Positions 15,982 through 32,231 of a stretch of DNA of 64,000 nucleotides are shown in pieces. The DNA comes from Eledone cirrhosa. Lineage: Eukaryota. The translations under genes were made by a program, and so were the position numbers. Each line of letters begins with the position of its first letter. The stretch's first letter is position 1. The DNA lies in NCBI GenBank assembly GCA_964016885.1, contig OZ024742.1, positions 240,684,001 to 240,748,000 on the forward strand. Direction: 5' to 3'. The notes under the pieces were generated by a model, which saw nothing but the letters and a program-made list of their open reading frames with translations, did no database searches and was not told where the DNA came from.

Positions 15982-16031
<50 letters not shown>

Positions 16032-16037
<6 letters not shown>

Positions 16038-16535
16038 TAAACGGAATAGAAAATGCTGACAAATTGTTCATAGTGAAAAATAGTTTAATTAGGAATAAGT
16101 GATAATTAGTAATAGTATTGGTTAGTATTAAGTTTTGGTTTTAAGTTTTACCGGTTGCGCATTTCTAATGCTTTTCAAAAATAATTTTGAGATAGAGCGT
16201 CCGTGATGTTTGCTCTGATCTGATTAGTTTTGGGAATTCTACCTGTTTTTATGTTAAAAAAGTGGCTCCAGCGGTATTAAAATAAGTTTTGCGCCAATTC
16301 GTGTTGCAAAAATTCTTGTGGTCAAAACAATTTTGATTGGTCGGTAGAGGTCATGTGAATGTAAAAAATTGATTTTGCGCCTAATGTAGGTTTGTGTCGG
16401 CTGACTGAGAAATAAGTCTAACAAATATGTGTGTGTGTGTAGTAGTAGTAGTAAAGAGGTTCGTTGTTGTGATAATGGTCAGCAGGGATGTGTGTGCGAA
16501 CCGCAGCCTGTTGACAGTTCAAATGCCTATTAAGA

Positions 16536-16630
<95 letters not shown>

Positions 16631-19600
16631 CAGAGTAATTCGTGGTAGAGGGATGGTCAGTAGGAATGTGTCTGTAAGTGTGTGGGGGATATTTTAACAT
16701 GTTAAAAGATATTTTTTCAGTTTTTGTCTTAGAAGTGTGTGTGTGTGTGTGTGTATGTCTCTTTGTATGTTAATGTACGCGTGTGTATGTGTGTGTGTAT
16801 ATATGTGTGTGTGTGAGAGAATGTGTGTGTCTGTGTGTGTGGATGGATCAGTATTTATTTCTGTTAAAATGGTGTACATTATTCGATATTTTCAGTAAAA
16901 TCGATTCTCTCAATAGAACATCAAAAACCTTAATAATAAAAGGTGTGAAATGATATATAGTATTGGCATAATACCAAGGTGTGTGTGAGTGTGTCCAGAC
17001 CGCACGTACTCCAAGGGGCTCCATTAGGCCTTGCCGTATTGGAATACCTGTGCACAAATATGTATCTGGAGTGTGTCCAAAAATTGTATACCCGTGCACA
17101 AATTGTATACCTGTGCACAAATTGTACACATGTATCTGGAGTGTGTCCAGAAATTGCATACCTGTGCACAAATATGTATCTGGAGTGTGTCCAGATAGTA
17201 CGTACTGCAAGGGGAACCCACTAGACCCGCCGTACCGGAACACCTGTGCACAAATATGTATGTGCCCATCAGTGTGCAATGCATGTGTGCGTTTATGTAT
17301 GTGTGTGTGTCGGCACGTTTATATCTATAGACATCAAAAGGTATGCAAATTTGTGTATATTTGTGTTGCACCATAGAACATGTGTGTTTACGTATGTCAT
17401 TGTGTTTATATGTGGGTAGAGATGTAATCTGATGTAAGTATGTACGTTGACGTGTGTATGTTGTGGGTTCGTCTTAGGGAGAAGTGTTTAGACGGGGTCC
17501 GTATTTGTTAATAAAGTAAGATTCCTTGCTGATGCGCTGGGTGTGGGTGGCATTATCTTTAAATTTGTAGAGGGGAAAGATTCTGAAGTTGGGATGATTT
17601 TGGGCGCCACAGGTATCAATGTGTTCACTCAGTGGTATTTTTCTGTATTCCCGTATTTTAATTTGGGATCTATGGACAGTCATGCGTTACGGAGGCTGTT
17701 TTTGGCCTGGCCTATGTATTGTTCTCGACAACCTGAGCAAGTTAATACATATATTAGATTTTCTGATGCGCATGTGAAATTGTGTTTTACTATAAAACGT
17801 TGTCCTTCTTTGAAATAGAATTCCGAACCCTCTATTAGGTTGATGCAAATGCCACAGTTGGGTCTATCGCATTTTTTTTACTGTGGATTTCGTTGTTGTG
17901 GTTGGCAGTACTTTGGCATGTGTTAGGATGTTTTTCATTGACTTAGATTGTCTTTTGCTCTTTATGATATCGTGTGTTCGTAGGATTTGGTTCATTCTAT
18001 GGTCCTTTTTCAACACAGGGATGTTCTGGAGGATGGTGTCAAAGGCCTCATTGTTGAGGGGGTTGTGTGTGGAGATGTATGGAAGAACTTTTAGTTTCAG
18101 TTGATTTACTTTAGGGTGTCTAAGGTCCTGGGTACTGAGTTTTAGGGCACGTTGGATTCCATTGTCAATTAGTGATGCAGGGTAGTCCCTGCCTATGAGT
18201 GTGTCCTTTAGTTCTTGTAGCCGTAAGTAGCAGGTGTTTTTATTGGAGATTATAGTACAGATTCTCTTGGCTAAGTTGTAGGGAATATTAATTTTAACGT
18301 GTCTAGGGTGGCAAGAGTTGAAAGGAAGATATTGCTTGGAGTCTGTGGGCTTGTAGTATATGTCTGTTTCTATTTTTTGTTATGGATCTTAATGAGGATG
18401 TCGAGGAAGGGGAGTTGTTGATGGTTGTATTCCATCGTGAAGTTAATGTTCGTGTTGAGCCCATTTATAAGGTGTGAAATTCTTTAAGTTTCTCGATGTT
18501 TTCGTGCCGAAGGATGAAGCAGTCATATAGATATCGCTTCCAGTTCCTTTCTATGTGTAAGTGGAGAGTGTTTCCAAATTTGTTTAGGACTTTAGTGTAG
18601 AGGGTGATTTCCAGGTATCCCATGACTAGGTTGGTATAAGTGGGGGCTGTTTTCGTTCCCATAGCGGTCCCAGATTTCTGCCTATATGGTTTGTTATTGA
18701 AAACGAAGTAATTGTTCTCCAAGATAAATTTGAGTCCCTCTATCACGAATTCTTTTTTGATGCGTTGTGGGAGTTCGTTGTGGTAATTATCCAGCCAGAA
18801 TCGGATAGCTTCTATTCCTAGGTTGTGGGGGATGTTGGAGTATAGGTTGACTACATCGAACATCACTAGTATGGTTTGTTCAGAAAGTGGCATATTAGGG
18901 AGGTGATTGAGCATATCTAGGTCGTCCCTTATATAGCTTTTGGTGTGTTTGAGAAAAGGCTTGAGAAGGGTATCAATGAAGTTGCTGAGGCGGTGGGTTT
19001 CGCAAGCGGGGCCTGCTATTATAGGTCTTAATTTGAGATCATTGGGTGAGGGGATCATTGATGACTATGTCTGTGGCTTCCTTGCATGCCTTACTTATTA
19101 ATTCGCTTTTATGTACTTTAGGGATACCGTAGAAAAGGCTGGATTTACTTGTGAAGTCTGTGATGAAACTGAATTCCTTGTTAGTGAGTCCTTCTTTGTA
19201 TTGGTTGATCAGAGTTTTTAGGTTTCTCATAATTTTCTGTTGATTGTAGTGTTCAGCCTTTTCGTAGTATGTTTCGTTTACCAAAGTGGAGAGCGCTAAG
19301 TTGATATAGAATTCTGTCTCCATTAGGACTACTGTACTCCCTTTATCAGCCTCTTTAATTGTAATGGTTCTGTCGGTTTTTAATCTATTTAATTCTTCCC
19401 ATTCTTTCTTGTTGAGGTTTGGCTTGTGTTTTTGTCTGTGAAAGTGTTGGTAAGGGAAGTTTGTGATGTGTTCACAGAATTCGTCCAGGATTTTATTTCT
19501 ACCCTTTGATGGGGTGTAATTGCTTCTATTTCTGGCTAATGATTCATCCTCATTGTACTGGTCGAATAGTTGTTCACTGAGTCGTAACTTTCTACAGAAG

Positions 19601-20490
19601 TCTGTGATGTCTTCCTTCATTTCATAGTAGTTAGGACGTAGTGGGGTCGGTTTGAATTTAAGACCTTTGGAGAGTAAGTTGATAAGGTTGGGTGTTGGTT
19701 CTGCACTAGTAAGATTGATAATTTTTATTACTATCGGTTTCCCTGTCTTGTGTTATTTTGTTTGCCTGTATCTGTGTGCTGTGTCTAAAAAATGGTTGGG
19801 GTAGAGGGGTTGTCTGCTGATGTTAAGTGGTCTCCTGTGTTTGTTATATTCCTTGTTGTTGTAAAATGTGGTTCGGGTTGGTGGTTGTAGATTGAATGGG
19901 GTGTTCCTGTACTGCGAGTATGGGTGTGTGTTTCTATGTGTCATGTTGGATTGTGGTGTTATAGGTGGCCTACGTTGTTGGTTGTATCGTGTGGTGTGGG
20001 TTTGTTGTGTATTGTGGAAGCGAGAGTTGAGAAAATGGAAATTACCTTGCTGTCCCCTTGAAGCGGGGAAGTTGTTACATCTAGTCAGCCGACACAAACC
20101 TACATTTGGCGCAAAATCAATTTTTTACATTCACATGACCTCTACCGACCAATCAAAATTGTTTTGACCACAAGAATTTTTGCAACACGAATTGGCGCAA
20201 AACTTATTTTAATACCGCTGGAGCCACTTTTTTAACATAAAAACAGGTAGAATTCCCAAAACTAATCAGATCAGAGCAAACATCACGGACGCTCTATCTC
20301 AAAATTAATTTTGAAAAGCATTAGAAATGCGCAACCGGTAAAACTTAAAACCAAAACTTAATACTAACCAATACTATTACTAATTATCACTTATTCCTAA
20401 TTAAACTATTTTTCACTGTGAACAATTTGTCAGCATTTTCTATTCCGTTTACCAATACATCATAACTTGTGTGTTACACCTCTATTCTTT

Positions 20491-20492
<2 letters not shown>
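16032..20492 (-). mobile_element. Penelope-like element (Neptune-like) with ~375-bp inverted termini, inserted in (TA)n
   Basis: 16032-16406 is inverted at 20084-20457; internal RT-GIY-YIG ORF remnants. Confidence 0.92.
17474..19745 (-). pseudogene. PLE RT plus Zn-knuckle plus GIY-YIG endonuclease, several frameshifts
   Basis: LLSKGLKFKPTP, IKEADKGSTVV, FYGIPKVHK, LRPIIAGP, FDVVNLYSNIPH, GTAMGTKTAP, RYLYDCF (YxDD mutated), CDRPNCGIC, NLIYVLTCSGCREQYIGQ. Confidence 0.92.
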
Positions 20493-20565
<73 letters not shown>

Positions 20566-20643
20566 CAAAGAAAGTGTGGTAAGAAACCAGGTGGACCATA
20601 ACCCACCAGAGTACTCGATACTTACGGTAGTAGAGTGGGTAAT

Positions 20644-20752
20644 AGGAAAAGAGTCAGGACCCCGACGGCTGAGCTCCGGCCGTTTCAACAGCGTTCGGAT
20701 GTAGCCGTCGAAACGGCCGGAGCTCAGCCGTCGGGGTCCTGACTCTTTTCCT
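20644..20752. repeat. GC-rich perfect inverted repeat (43-bp arms)
   Basis: 20644-20686 versus 20710-20752. Confidence 0.95.
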
Positions 20753-20766
20753 GTATATATATATAT

Positions 20767-20880
<114 letters not shown>

Positions 20881-20893
20881 AGATGATTCAGTG

Positions 20894-20929
<36 letters not shown>

Positions 20930-22414
20930 AACTGTTAGTTTATGAAGTATTAGGAAAGTCTGAAATTTGAAATTGGCAGAAATCACTATAATTTAGTCGA
21001 TCACTATAAAGAAAATTTGACAAAAAAAATATACATTTATACTTACTATATGCACGCTATATGCACAATAGTTTTCAGTATATATTGTAGTTTGCTGAAG
21101 GCAGATGAGCAATTCTGAAGGTGAATTATGCGTGTGATAGCAGCATGTGTTCAGTTTATATGACATTTTACCAAATAGCTATGCTTTACTCTGTACATTA
21201 AATGAAAAAAAGGCAAACATTACATTCAAGCTTAAAAATTATAATGTTTCAGCATAAAGAAAATCAGATCAGTTTTATTGAAGCATTTTGCAAAGAACTT
21301 TGTAAAAAGACATCTTTATAAAAACAAAACAAAACAAAACAAGACAAACAAAAACGAACAAACAAACAGCGCTATCCCCTTATACATAATAGCAACAACA
21401 GCAACAATAGCAACAATAGCAACAACAGCAACAACAGGAGCAGCAGGAACAGCAACAATAACATCAATCTTAGAGGCATACTAGTAAATGTTTTATTTTG
21501 TTATATTTAGCAATTGACAAATCATGTTAAAAGATAAAAATGTCAAAGGATTATTCAGAATTCATTTAAGAAGTAAGTTTAAGTTTTCTCTAAAATTGTG
21601 TGGCTGGATTAATCAGTCGTTCGGTTTAACACTACCGTCTTGATTACTTTTATCGGAGTCCACACTGTTCCAAACATTCATACGAGGTCTCCAGTCTAAG
21701 GTAACTCGATAACTTATTTTCGATTGTTTGGGCTATCATATTTAATTGATAAATATATGAACTGTATACTCTTACATTTCCCCTCACAACAATAACTTGT
21801 TAAGTATAAAATGGAAACCATCCACACATAAACAACATTTACATGTAACCAGTTAAATGTCGTATATAACATGTGGTGCGGTAAATAAATATATACATAT
21901 ACACCAGGTCCGAACACAAAGGAACCAAACTCCCACTTTCATTGCTTCTATCTCTCCCGCTCTCCCCATCTCTCACTGTAATTAGCAAATGGGGGGCACG
22001 CGCTGGCCGCCCAGCGGCCCCAGCAGACAGAATAGAGAAGGCGTTTCCCCGGAGGGTGGTGAGGGACACACAACGGAAGAGTCATTTCATCTCGTGAGGC
22101 TCACACCTGCGGGTAGCCAACTCTGTGCCGATGGTGGTGAGTAGGGAAGTGGCCTTAGAGCCAAAGACACCAGAAGTCTCCACTGTTAGATACCTGGATG
22201 CACTGCTTTCTAGTGCAGTAATCTACCTATCCCCCACTCACCCCAGCCACCTAGAAGCCCTAAAAAAGGCGATGGACGTGGTACTTTTTTCTGTATTTAA
22301 TCCTCAAGACAAAAATCAACAATATGCGATAAAAGAAGAAGCAGGTTAAAATGTTGGGCGTATATTGTCTGAAAGCAACATTAGTCTCTATTAAAACAGC
22401 CTTAGTAACTATTG

Positions 22415-22949
22415 CAAGGTGGTGGAAGGAAACTCTTTATTTAAAATTGTTAATAACTTTATTAATTATTGGTCGGTTTTCATAAAACATGTTTTATTCT
22501 GAGCAGTATAATAGTAGAAGTACAGTATAGTGTTAACACATTCTACATAGACACCAGCATTGTCCACCAGTGTTTGTAATTGTCTGGGTATATCCTCGAC
22601 TGACTTCATCAGGAACTCAGGCGGTATGTTGGTAACTATATGGCGAATGTGTTCCTTCAATTGAGTCAGAGTTTTTGGCTTTGACCTATACACTTCTCCT
22701 TTCACCCACCCAAACAGGAAAACATCGCATGGCGTTAAGCCAGGGCTTCTTGCTGGCCCTTTATGAGGACCTCAATGATCCAGCCAACATCTTGGAAACG
22801 AGACATCAAGCCACTCACAGGCAGTACGTGCAAAATGAAGAGGAGCCCAACTTACATGAATATGAGGTCATTGATGTTATCTCAAGTGGTTGCAGTAGTC
22901 CAAAAGTTATAAATAATTTTCAATAAGGAGTTTCTTTCTATCCACCCAG
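22415..22949 (-). mobile_element. Internally deleted Tc1/mariner element
   Basis: Transposase C-terminus KGEVYRSKPKTLTQLKEHI...IP...LVDNAGVYVE (about 22540-22705); degenerate TIRs ~22415-22460 and 22902-22949. Confidence 0.7.
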
Positions 22950-23282
22950 TAGATGTAAATTGAAGAGCTATCACAAGACGTAGCTGAAAATAGAGGGAGA
23001 AGCATAAAAGCGACTAATGTTTCTTATTTTCTTTTTAGTATTATTAAATTCAGATTCTGATCAAGATTAAAAAGAAAATTACGGTAACTACAATGATATA
23101 TTTATCTCAACTTACACCAACTAATTCTGTTAGTCTATTGACCAAGTGTATTATCAGATAAGATTCTTGATTTCTACTATAGGCACACGGCCAGCAATTT
23201 GGGGAGAGAGGAAAATCGATGAAATTTATTTTATCGATGCGTAAGGATGAAAGGCAAATCTAACCTCGGCGGAGGCTCTCTC

Positions 23283-25803
<2,521 letters not shown>

Positions 25804-25818
25804 TGTATGTATGTATGT

Positions 25819-26428
25819 CTCTCTTTCTCTTAATTTCGAGTATATTTTTGACCGGCCACCTTCCTGGTGGCCAGGTTGTAAAAGAAAAGAAATTGTCATC
25901 CCTTGAATCACAAGAATGTTTGCAAACTTTGAAGGTGCCAGCTATCGCAGCCATTTGTAGACTATGAATTAGGGAGCTGCGCTCTTTGTCCTCAAATCCA
26001 AATTCAGCTATATTTTGGTCCAAGCGGGTTGGTATATAACCCGTAGCTCCAATAATGATGGGCATGAAGCTAAAGGTGTATCTTGGATACTGGATTTGTA
26101 TCAATGGTCCGTAGATGTTCTCCTTCTCCTGTATTTTTCTGACAACATTTACATCAAGTAGGCAGCTGATCTCTACAACAGAACACGTTTTCAATGTGTG
26201 GTCCCAAAAAACAATATCAGGCCGGTTGTGCTTTAATTTGGTGGCAGTTTTTATTTTCAGGTTCCACCAGTATTCCTTAGTGCTATCTGTCTCAATATAT
26301 TCTTCCTCGTTTGTTTTTAATTTTGTTTTTCGAAGTGCGTTCCAGATGGTTCTAGCTATCCCATCGTGTCTCATGGGGAGGTAGTAGCGAGATGACATTC
26401 TTTCGCAGTTGGCTACAATGTGGCTTCC
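25819..26428 (-). mobile_element. R4/Dong-type LINE 3' fragment (CCHC plus REL endonuclease)
   Basis: HIVANCERMSSRYYLPMRHD, HNRPDIVFWD, VVEISC; 3' UTR hairpin ggccacc-ttcct-ggtggcc; (CATA)n on both sides. Confidence 0.88.
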
Positions 26429-26459
<31 letters not shown>

Positions 26460-26505
26460 TGTATGTATGTATGTATGTATGTATGTATGTATGTATGTAT
26501 GTATG

Positions 26506-29500
26506 TTCTTCTGGTTTTATAATTTCAAAAAGTTTTACCAATAGAGAGAGAGTCGGTTTTTAACATAGACACAAGACTTTCTCATTGGAATTTACACAAC
26601 ATCAACTAGGTAGATATGTATGTATGCATGCATGTGTAGATATGGATGTTATTGTATGTGTGGATGTGGATGTTTTGAGTTGTATGTGTGCATGTGTATA
26701 TGCTTTGTATCTGTACATGTGTATATGCAGTTATTAGATGCAACATTTTTGGAATCTTTTACATATTTTTACTGTTCCATTAATGGATTGTACTTGTAGT
26801 TTCCTAACTAGTTGTGTTCTTTCTGTTCCTGTGAAGCCTAGCTTCTCAAGATTTGTATTGAGGCAGTTACTAACATATCCCAGTGCCCCAACAATCACAG
26901 GCATAAATCTGAAGGTGTAATCAGGGTGGAGTATCTGCAGATTTCTCATCAATTCTGCATAAATATTCTCTTTTTCACTAATCTTTGATATTATATTGGC
27001 ATCTGCTGAGCAGCTAATTTCCACTACTGCGCATGTTTTCTTCTCCCTGTCCCATATCATAATATCTGGTCTGTTATGCCTACATTTTATTGGGGTTTTT
27101 ACTGGAACATTCCACCAGTACTCTTTCATATTATGTACATGGATGTCTTCCACATTGTTGTAGCTTTTAATGTGTTTATTATCGCGGCTATCTTTTTTAC
27201 GAACTGCATTGTACAGTGTTTTGGTCACTATATCATGCCTCATAGGTAGATAGTACCGCGATGACATCTTTGGACAGCTGCTGATGACATGGGTGATATC
27301 CTCGACGTTAGTTCCGCAGAGTCTGCACTTGTTATCACATCTAGGTGTTTTGCCTGCATCCCTATCTCTTTTGTGAATCAGGTATTTCGTGCTAATCTCC
27401 TGTTCTTGGATTGCAAAAGCGTATCCTTCAAAGTGTGAGCCAATATAGCGGTTGTTGGTCCAAGATAGACTACTTTCCTTATCTATATTACTCTCACTCT
27501 GGAGCTTCCTGGCAACATATCCATGGATGATTTTTTGGTGATAGGCATGCAGTTTTTCATCCATGGATTCACTGCGATACTGCTGAGCGACATCCCTGGG
27601 TGTGAGTTTTTGATTATCACACAGGGAATATCTCTCAAGGAGTTCCTTCCCAGCTCTCATGATCTTATCTGTTTCATGTAGATAGACTTTCTCGAGAAGT
27701 GGGCTCCTACGCTTCGAGGTTCGTAGATGTTGTCGGAGCGATATGATGCGACATTCAAATGTTGTCTGGACTGATGTTAGGCCTCTGCTTCCCTGCTTAC
27801 GTTTCAAGTAAAGGCAGTTTATGTCACTGTTGATGTGGAAGTTTCCAGTGTTGTTCACTTTTTTTCGAGTTCCAACATCAACTGCTCGGATTTCGTCTAT
27901 CGTCCAATTGAGTATTCCAAACGTTGGTGTTAGGACAGGCACAGCAAACACATTGTGAGCCACTGTTTTGTTTTGCGCAGAGAGTTCCGATAACCAGATC
28001 TTTCTTAATCGGTGTAGTATTCCCTGGTAACGCGTTCTTTATTACATATACCATTATAGGATATGTTCTCATCTATCCCCAGGTATCTGTCCCCCTGATA
28101 GACTGTCCCCCTGAAATACACCCCTGCAATATTTTATTTTATCAGTGAAAGTAGGATAGTAGCCCAAGAAGAAGACAGCCTCTGTATGGCTCTGACAATA
28201 ATGTCTGGGACTTTAGCAAGTTGGAGGGCCTCTATCATCCAAGAGTGGGGAACAGAATCGAAAGCTTTCCTGTAGTCCAGCCAGACTGTAGTCATATTCC
28301 TTCTAAGTTGTCGCACCTCCGACATCGCAGTTTTGTTGATTAGGAGTTGTTCAGCACATCCCTTTCTTTCCAGCTGCTTGTTCATCTGTGATGATGTTAT
28401 TATTTTCACAGTGATCTTGGAGGAATAGGTTCAGGCAGGCTGTATACATCTTATACATCAGGTTCTGGCATGCAATGGGTCGGTAGTTTTTTGCCAAGTG
28501 GGTTTCTTTGTTCTTGGGGACCAGTAACGTTTGTGCTAATGTCAACCATTCTAGTATGTGTATCCCCCTTAAGAACTTGTTGGTAGAGGTCAGTAAGATA
28601 CCTCCGATAGAATATTAGTTTTTTGTACCAGTAGCCGACAATTATGTCTCTTCCTGGTGTTTTCTTATCTTGGAGTTTTCCTATCACAGTCTCAAGGGTA
28701 CCCTCACTTATTTCGTATGTTTTTGTTGTAGTGTAGGAGCAATAGTTCTTTCGGATTTCTCTTAGCCACACTGCATCTTGGTTGAAATTCTTCTTTTCAC
28801 CCCATATTTTTCTCCAACAGGAATCTATGTCTTTCTGGGATGGGGCCTCAGTGACACTTATTATTTTGCCCTTCATATCTCTATAGACTGATGTTTGGTT
28901 TCGTCTGAATCTTTTATTAAGCATTTTTCTCTCGACTACCTTCTTCAGGTATCGGCGTTTTTCGCTAACAGCTCTCAATTCTTGTTTGAGGGTGATCAGC
29001 TTATATTGGAGAGTTCTGGTTCTACTGTTACCAAACATCGTCTCTATTTTATTTTTCACTCTTTGTTGGTGAGGAGTGAGGTTTTTTCGTGTTTGTTTGC
29101 ATGTAAGGAACATTGTCACATGTCCTATGTTTTTTCGTAGGTCAGCACTCTTTTGTTCTATTTTAGTTATATATGATGGTATTTTTGGTGGTGTTTTGTA
29201 CTTGTTAATATCTCTGTTATCACCAAGATAATGCTTCACTGTCATTGCTAAGGCATATAAACAGGCGTTGATTTGCCAAAATGTTGGGGTTTTTATCCGT
29301 CGTAAATATCCCCTATTTCGTCAATAACACGGAGTATTTCATTATTTGGTTTTTTATTTACCATTGTCATTTTAACACGTTCAGCAAGAGAGATATTTAT
29401 ACATGAGTTAATTTTTCTCTGAGGGAAATTTTCAATTGTTTATACTTTTGATTATCATTATCGATAGTATTTTCACAACAGTCGAGGTAGACTCGGATGG

Positions 29501-29767
29501 TATACGTGGTGTCACATTTATTCGATTATTATTATTATTTCTTCGATTATTATTATTATCGATAGTGTTTTCCCCAGCATTCGAGGTAGACTTAGATGGT
29601 ACAGGTGGTGTTAAGTTTCTTACAGGCATAATTGTTTCAAGGGGCTGTTCGACTTGGCTGCTAGGAAGTCTAGTAGCATGGCGATCTGTAGCACGTGTTA
29701 TTGATTCCATGTTTGTTGTGGGGACTTACAATTAATAATATTTATCTTATTTTTACGTTCAACAAAC
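26506..29767 (-). mobile_element. Near full-length decayed R4/Dong-type LINE (RT plus REL endonuclease)
   Basis: ORF pieces 29710 to 26734: NYRPIAC, WLDYRKAFDSVPHSW, GVFQGDSLS, CRLC...HVISSC, RHD, RPDIMIWD...VEISC; both ends in (CATA)n. Confidence 0.92.
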
Positions 29768-30322
29768 GTATGTATGTATGTATGTATGTATGTATGTATG
29801 TATGTATGTATGTATGTATGTATGTAGGCTTCCCATACATGTATACACGCACCGATATATACCAACTAATCAGGATGTACTTGTCATATTAAGTGGTTTC
29901 TATATATCTTTGCAGCGAACATTACTCCGTTACGCAATAGGTATTGCACATACGCAGAATCATTACAGCCACCAATTATCAAACGCCAACCATATACCAT
30001 AAACAAATAAAACCTAATACAAAAATAAAATATACTACTATACTAACTACAGAAATTCTCACAAGAAATAAACTACTGGCTTAATGATAAAGACAGAATC
30101 TACTAAGTTAAAACTTACAGTTATCTATTAACCTATTGCGAACCTTCCTTGAACTCAACAACTCACGTAAAGTACAGATAAACCCGAATAAAACAGACAT
30201 CAAATCACGACCCATCCAACCTTTTACACATATCTGTGTATGTGCAATTCAAGAATGATGAATCTACAAAATGTGCCAAGAATTTTATAGTCTATGTTCT
30301 CCGATAAAGTTTATGTTTATTG

Positions 30323-30390
30323 TAGATATACTGAAAACAAGGACGTTTTATGTAAACAAATTACATAACACGTCCTAAATGTATATATTT
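30323..30390 (+). ncRNA. Degenerate hammerhead
   Basis: agatata-CTGAAAA...ggacgt/acgtcc long stem II-TAAA-tgTA-tatattt; stems kept, core mutated. Confidence 0.4.
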
Positions 30391-30476
30391 CGGCAGACAG
30401 GCAGAGTACTGAGTTTTGACAAGTACCAATCAGTACGAAAGAGCGCTGTCAACTTATCTCCTCCTGCCTGCCGAAA
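30388..30476 (+). ncRNA. Extended type I hammerhead with U3-A8 variant core
   Basis: tgagtt-TTGACAA-gtac-caatca-gtac-GAAA-gagcgctGTC^aactta; homologous to the canonical HHR at 61383-61475. Confidence 0.75.
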
Positions 30477-30631
30477 ATTTAAGTAAGCGACAATGTCGCT
30501 ACTTTAAAACAATAGCGTATGATCTTCAAAATACTTTTAATTAAGCATACAGTGTATTGCAAAATACACTATATATATATATCACTATTTCAGAGCACCA
30601 ATTCTAATATATATATATATTACAACCAAAA

Positions 30632-31133
30632 TTAAATAGAAAATATGAGTGGAACAGCAACATCACAACTTACAATTAAGGACAAAATGAAAATACACAC
30701 ACACATAGAACAAACAACCAACCAGTAACATGTAAATAAACAAATAAATAAATGAACATAAACACACACAGACACCCGGATGTGGCGCATGCGCAGACTG
30801 AGCACACAACACACACACAGAAACAAAATGGCGTAGGACAGAACAAAGGAGAGGCACAGAAACAAAGAAAGGAATCCCCAGTCACTGAAGAGGTCACAGA
30901 GTGTGTGACGAAAGAACTATGACAATATATAAACAACTATCTGGTTGTGGACCAGCCAACCAACCAGAAATTTATAAATTTATAAATTTATTATAAATTT
31001 ATTATAATAAATTGAAGTGAAAGCAACAGGTGCGTGTGTTTCTTATTGGCAACATGACCCTCCCAAAGTATAACAATATCGGTTTCAACACACGATTTCA
31101 GATAAAGAATCTTGCTAAACAAATTCAGAAACG

Positions 31134-31137
<4 letters not shown>
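30632..31137 (+). mobile_element. Non-autonomous HHR-bearing element; copies at 47058-47440, 48752-49048 and 50596-50660
   Basis: Shared sequence ending ...aaacaaattcagaaacga(aa) then (TA)n. Confidence 0.8.
30881..30923 (+). ncRNA. Minimal type I hammerhead
   Basis: gtca-CTGAAGA-g-gtcaca-gagtg-tgtgac-GAAA-gaaCTA^tgac. Confidence 0.8.
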
Positions 31138-31164
<27 letters not shown>

Positions 31165-31173
<9 letters not shown>

Positions 31174-31639
31174 TAAAACATGTCTATAGAATCACAAGAT
31201 AAAATATATACTATTTCCTCTCCCAATTAGCATAATTAACCATATAAAAAATCGAATAGACCAGGCTATAAGAATGAGGCTTCTACGAAGGAATCTCCGA
31301 CAAATAACCGAAACTAGCGCTTCGCGTCGGCCGTAGCGGAATATTTATCGAATATTTCGACAGCGTAATCGCCCAGAATTAGGTGTAAAATAAAATTTTA
31401 CACCTAATTCTGTTTAGTTGACTGTATCTGGGCGATTACGCTGTCGAGATATTCGATAAATATTCCGCTACGGCCGACGCGAAGCGCTAGTTTCGCTTAT
31501 TTGTCGGAGATTCCTTCATAGAAGCCTCATTCTTATAGCCTGGTCTATTCGATTTTTTATATGGTTAATTATGCTAATTGGGAGAGGAAATAGTATATAT
31601 TTTATCTGGTGATTCTATAGACATGTTTTATGATATATA
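31165..31639. repeat. Fold-back element: ~210-bp arms with a nested hairpin at 31374-31412
   Basis: 31165-31377 versus 31427-31639 with few mismatches. Confidence 0.95.
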
Positions 31640-31735
31640 GCTCTGATTGTTTAATTTATTAATTTTTCATTGAGCCACAAAGTGACCAGTTGCAAAACAC
31701 GTATATGTATATGTATGTATATATATATATGTAAA

Positions 31736-31869
<134 letters not shown>

Positions 31870-31946
31870 ACTAGAGTGTGTGGTGTTGCTACCGAGGGGC
31901 TCACTAATCATGTGAGTAATCGATACATGGGGAGATGTAGAGTGGG

Positions 31947-32008
31947 TATAGAGATGTGTAAAATCCCGACCACTTGGCGCCGTGGTCGGGATTTTACACA
32001 TCTCTATA
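31947..32008. repeat. Perfect inverted repeat (26-bp arms)
   Basis: tatagagatgtgtaaaatcccgacca / tggtcgggattttacacatctctata. Confidence 0.95.
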
Positions 32009-32054
32009 TATATGTTTATACATATACATACATATATATATATATACATATATA

Positions 32055-32199
<145 letters not shown>

Positions 32200-32231
32200 G
32201 AAGTGGTTACACAACAGTTAGTTCACCATAC

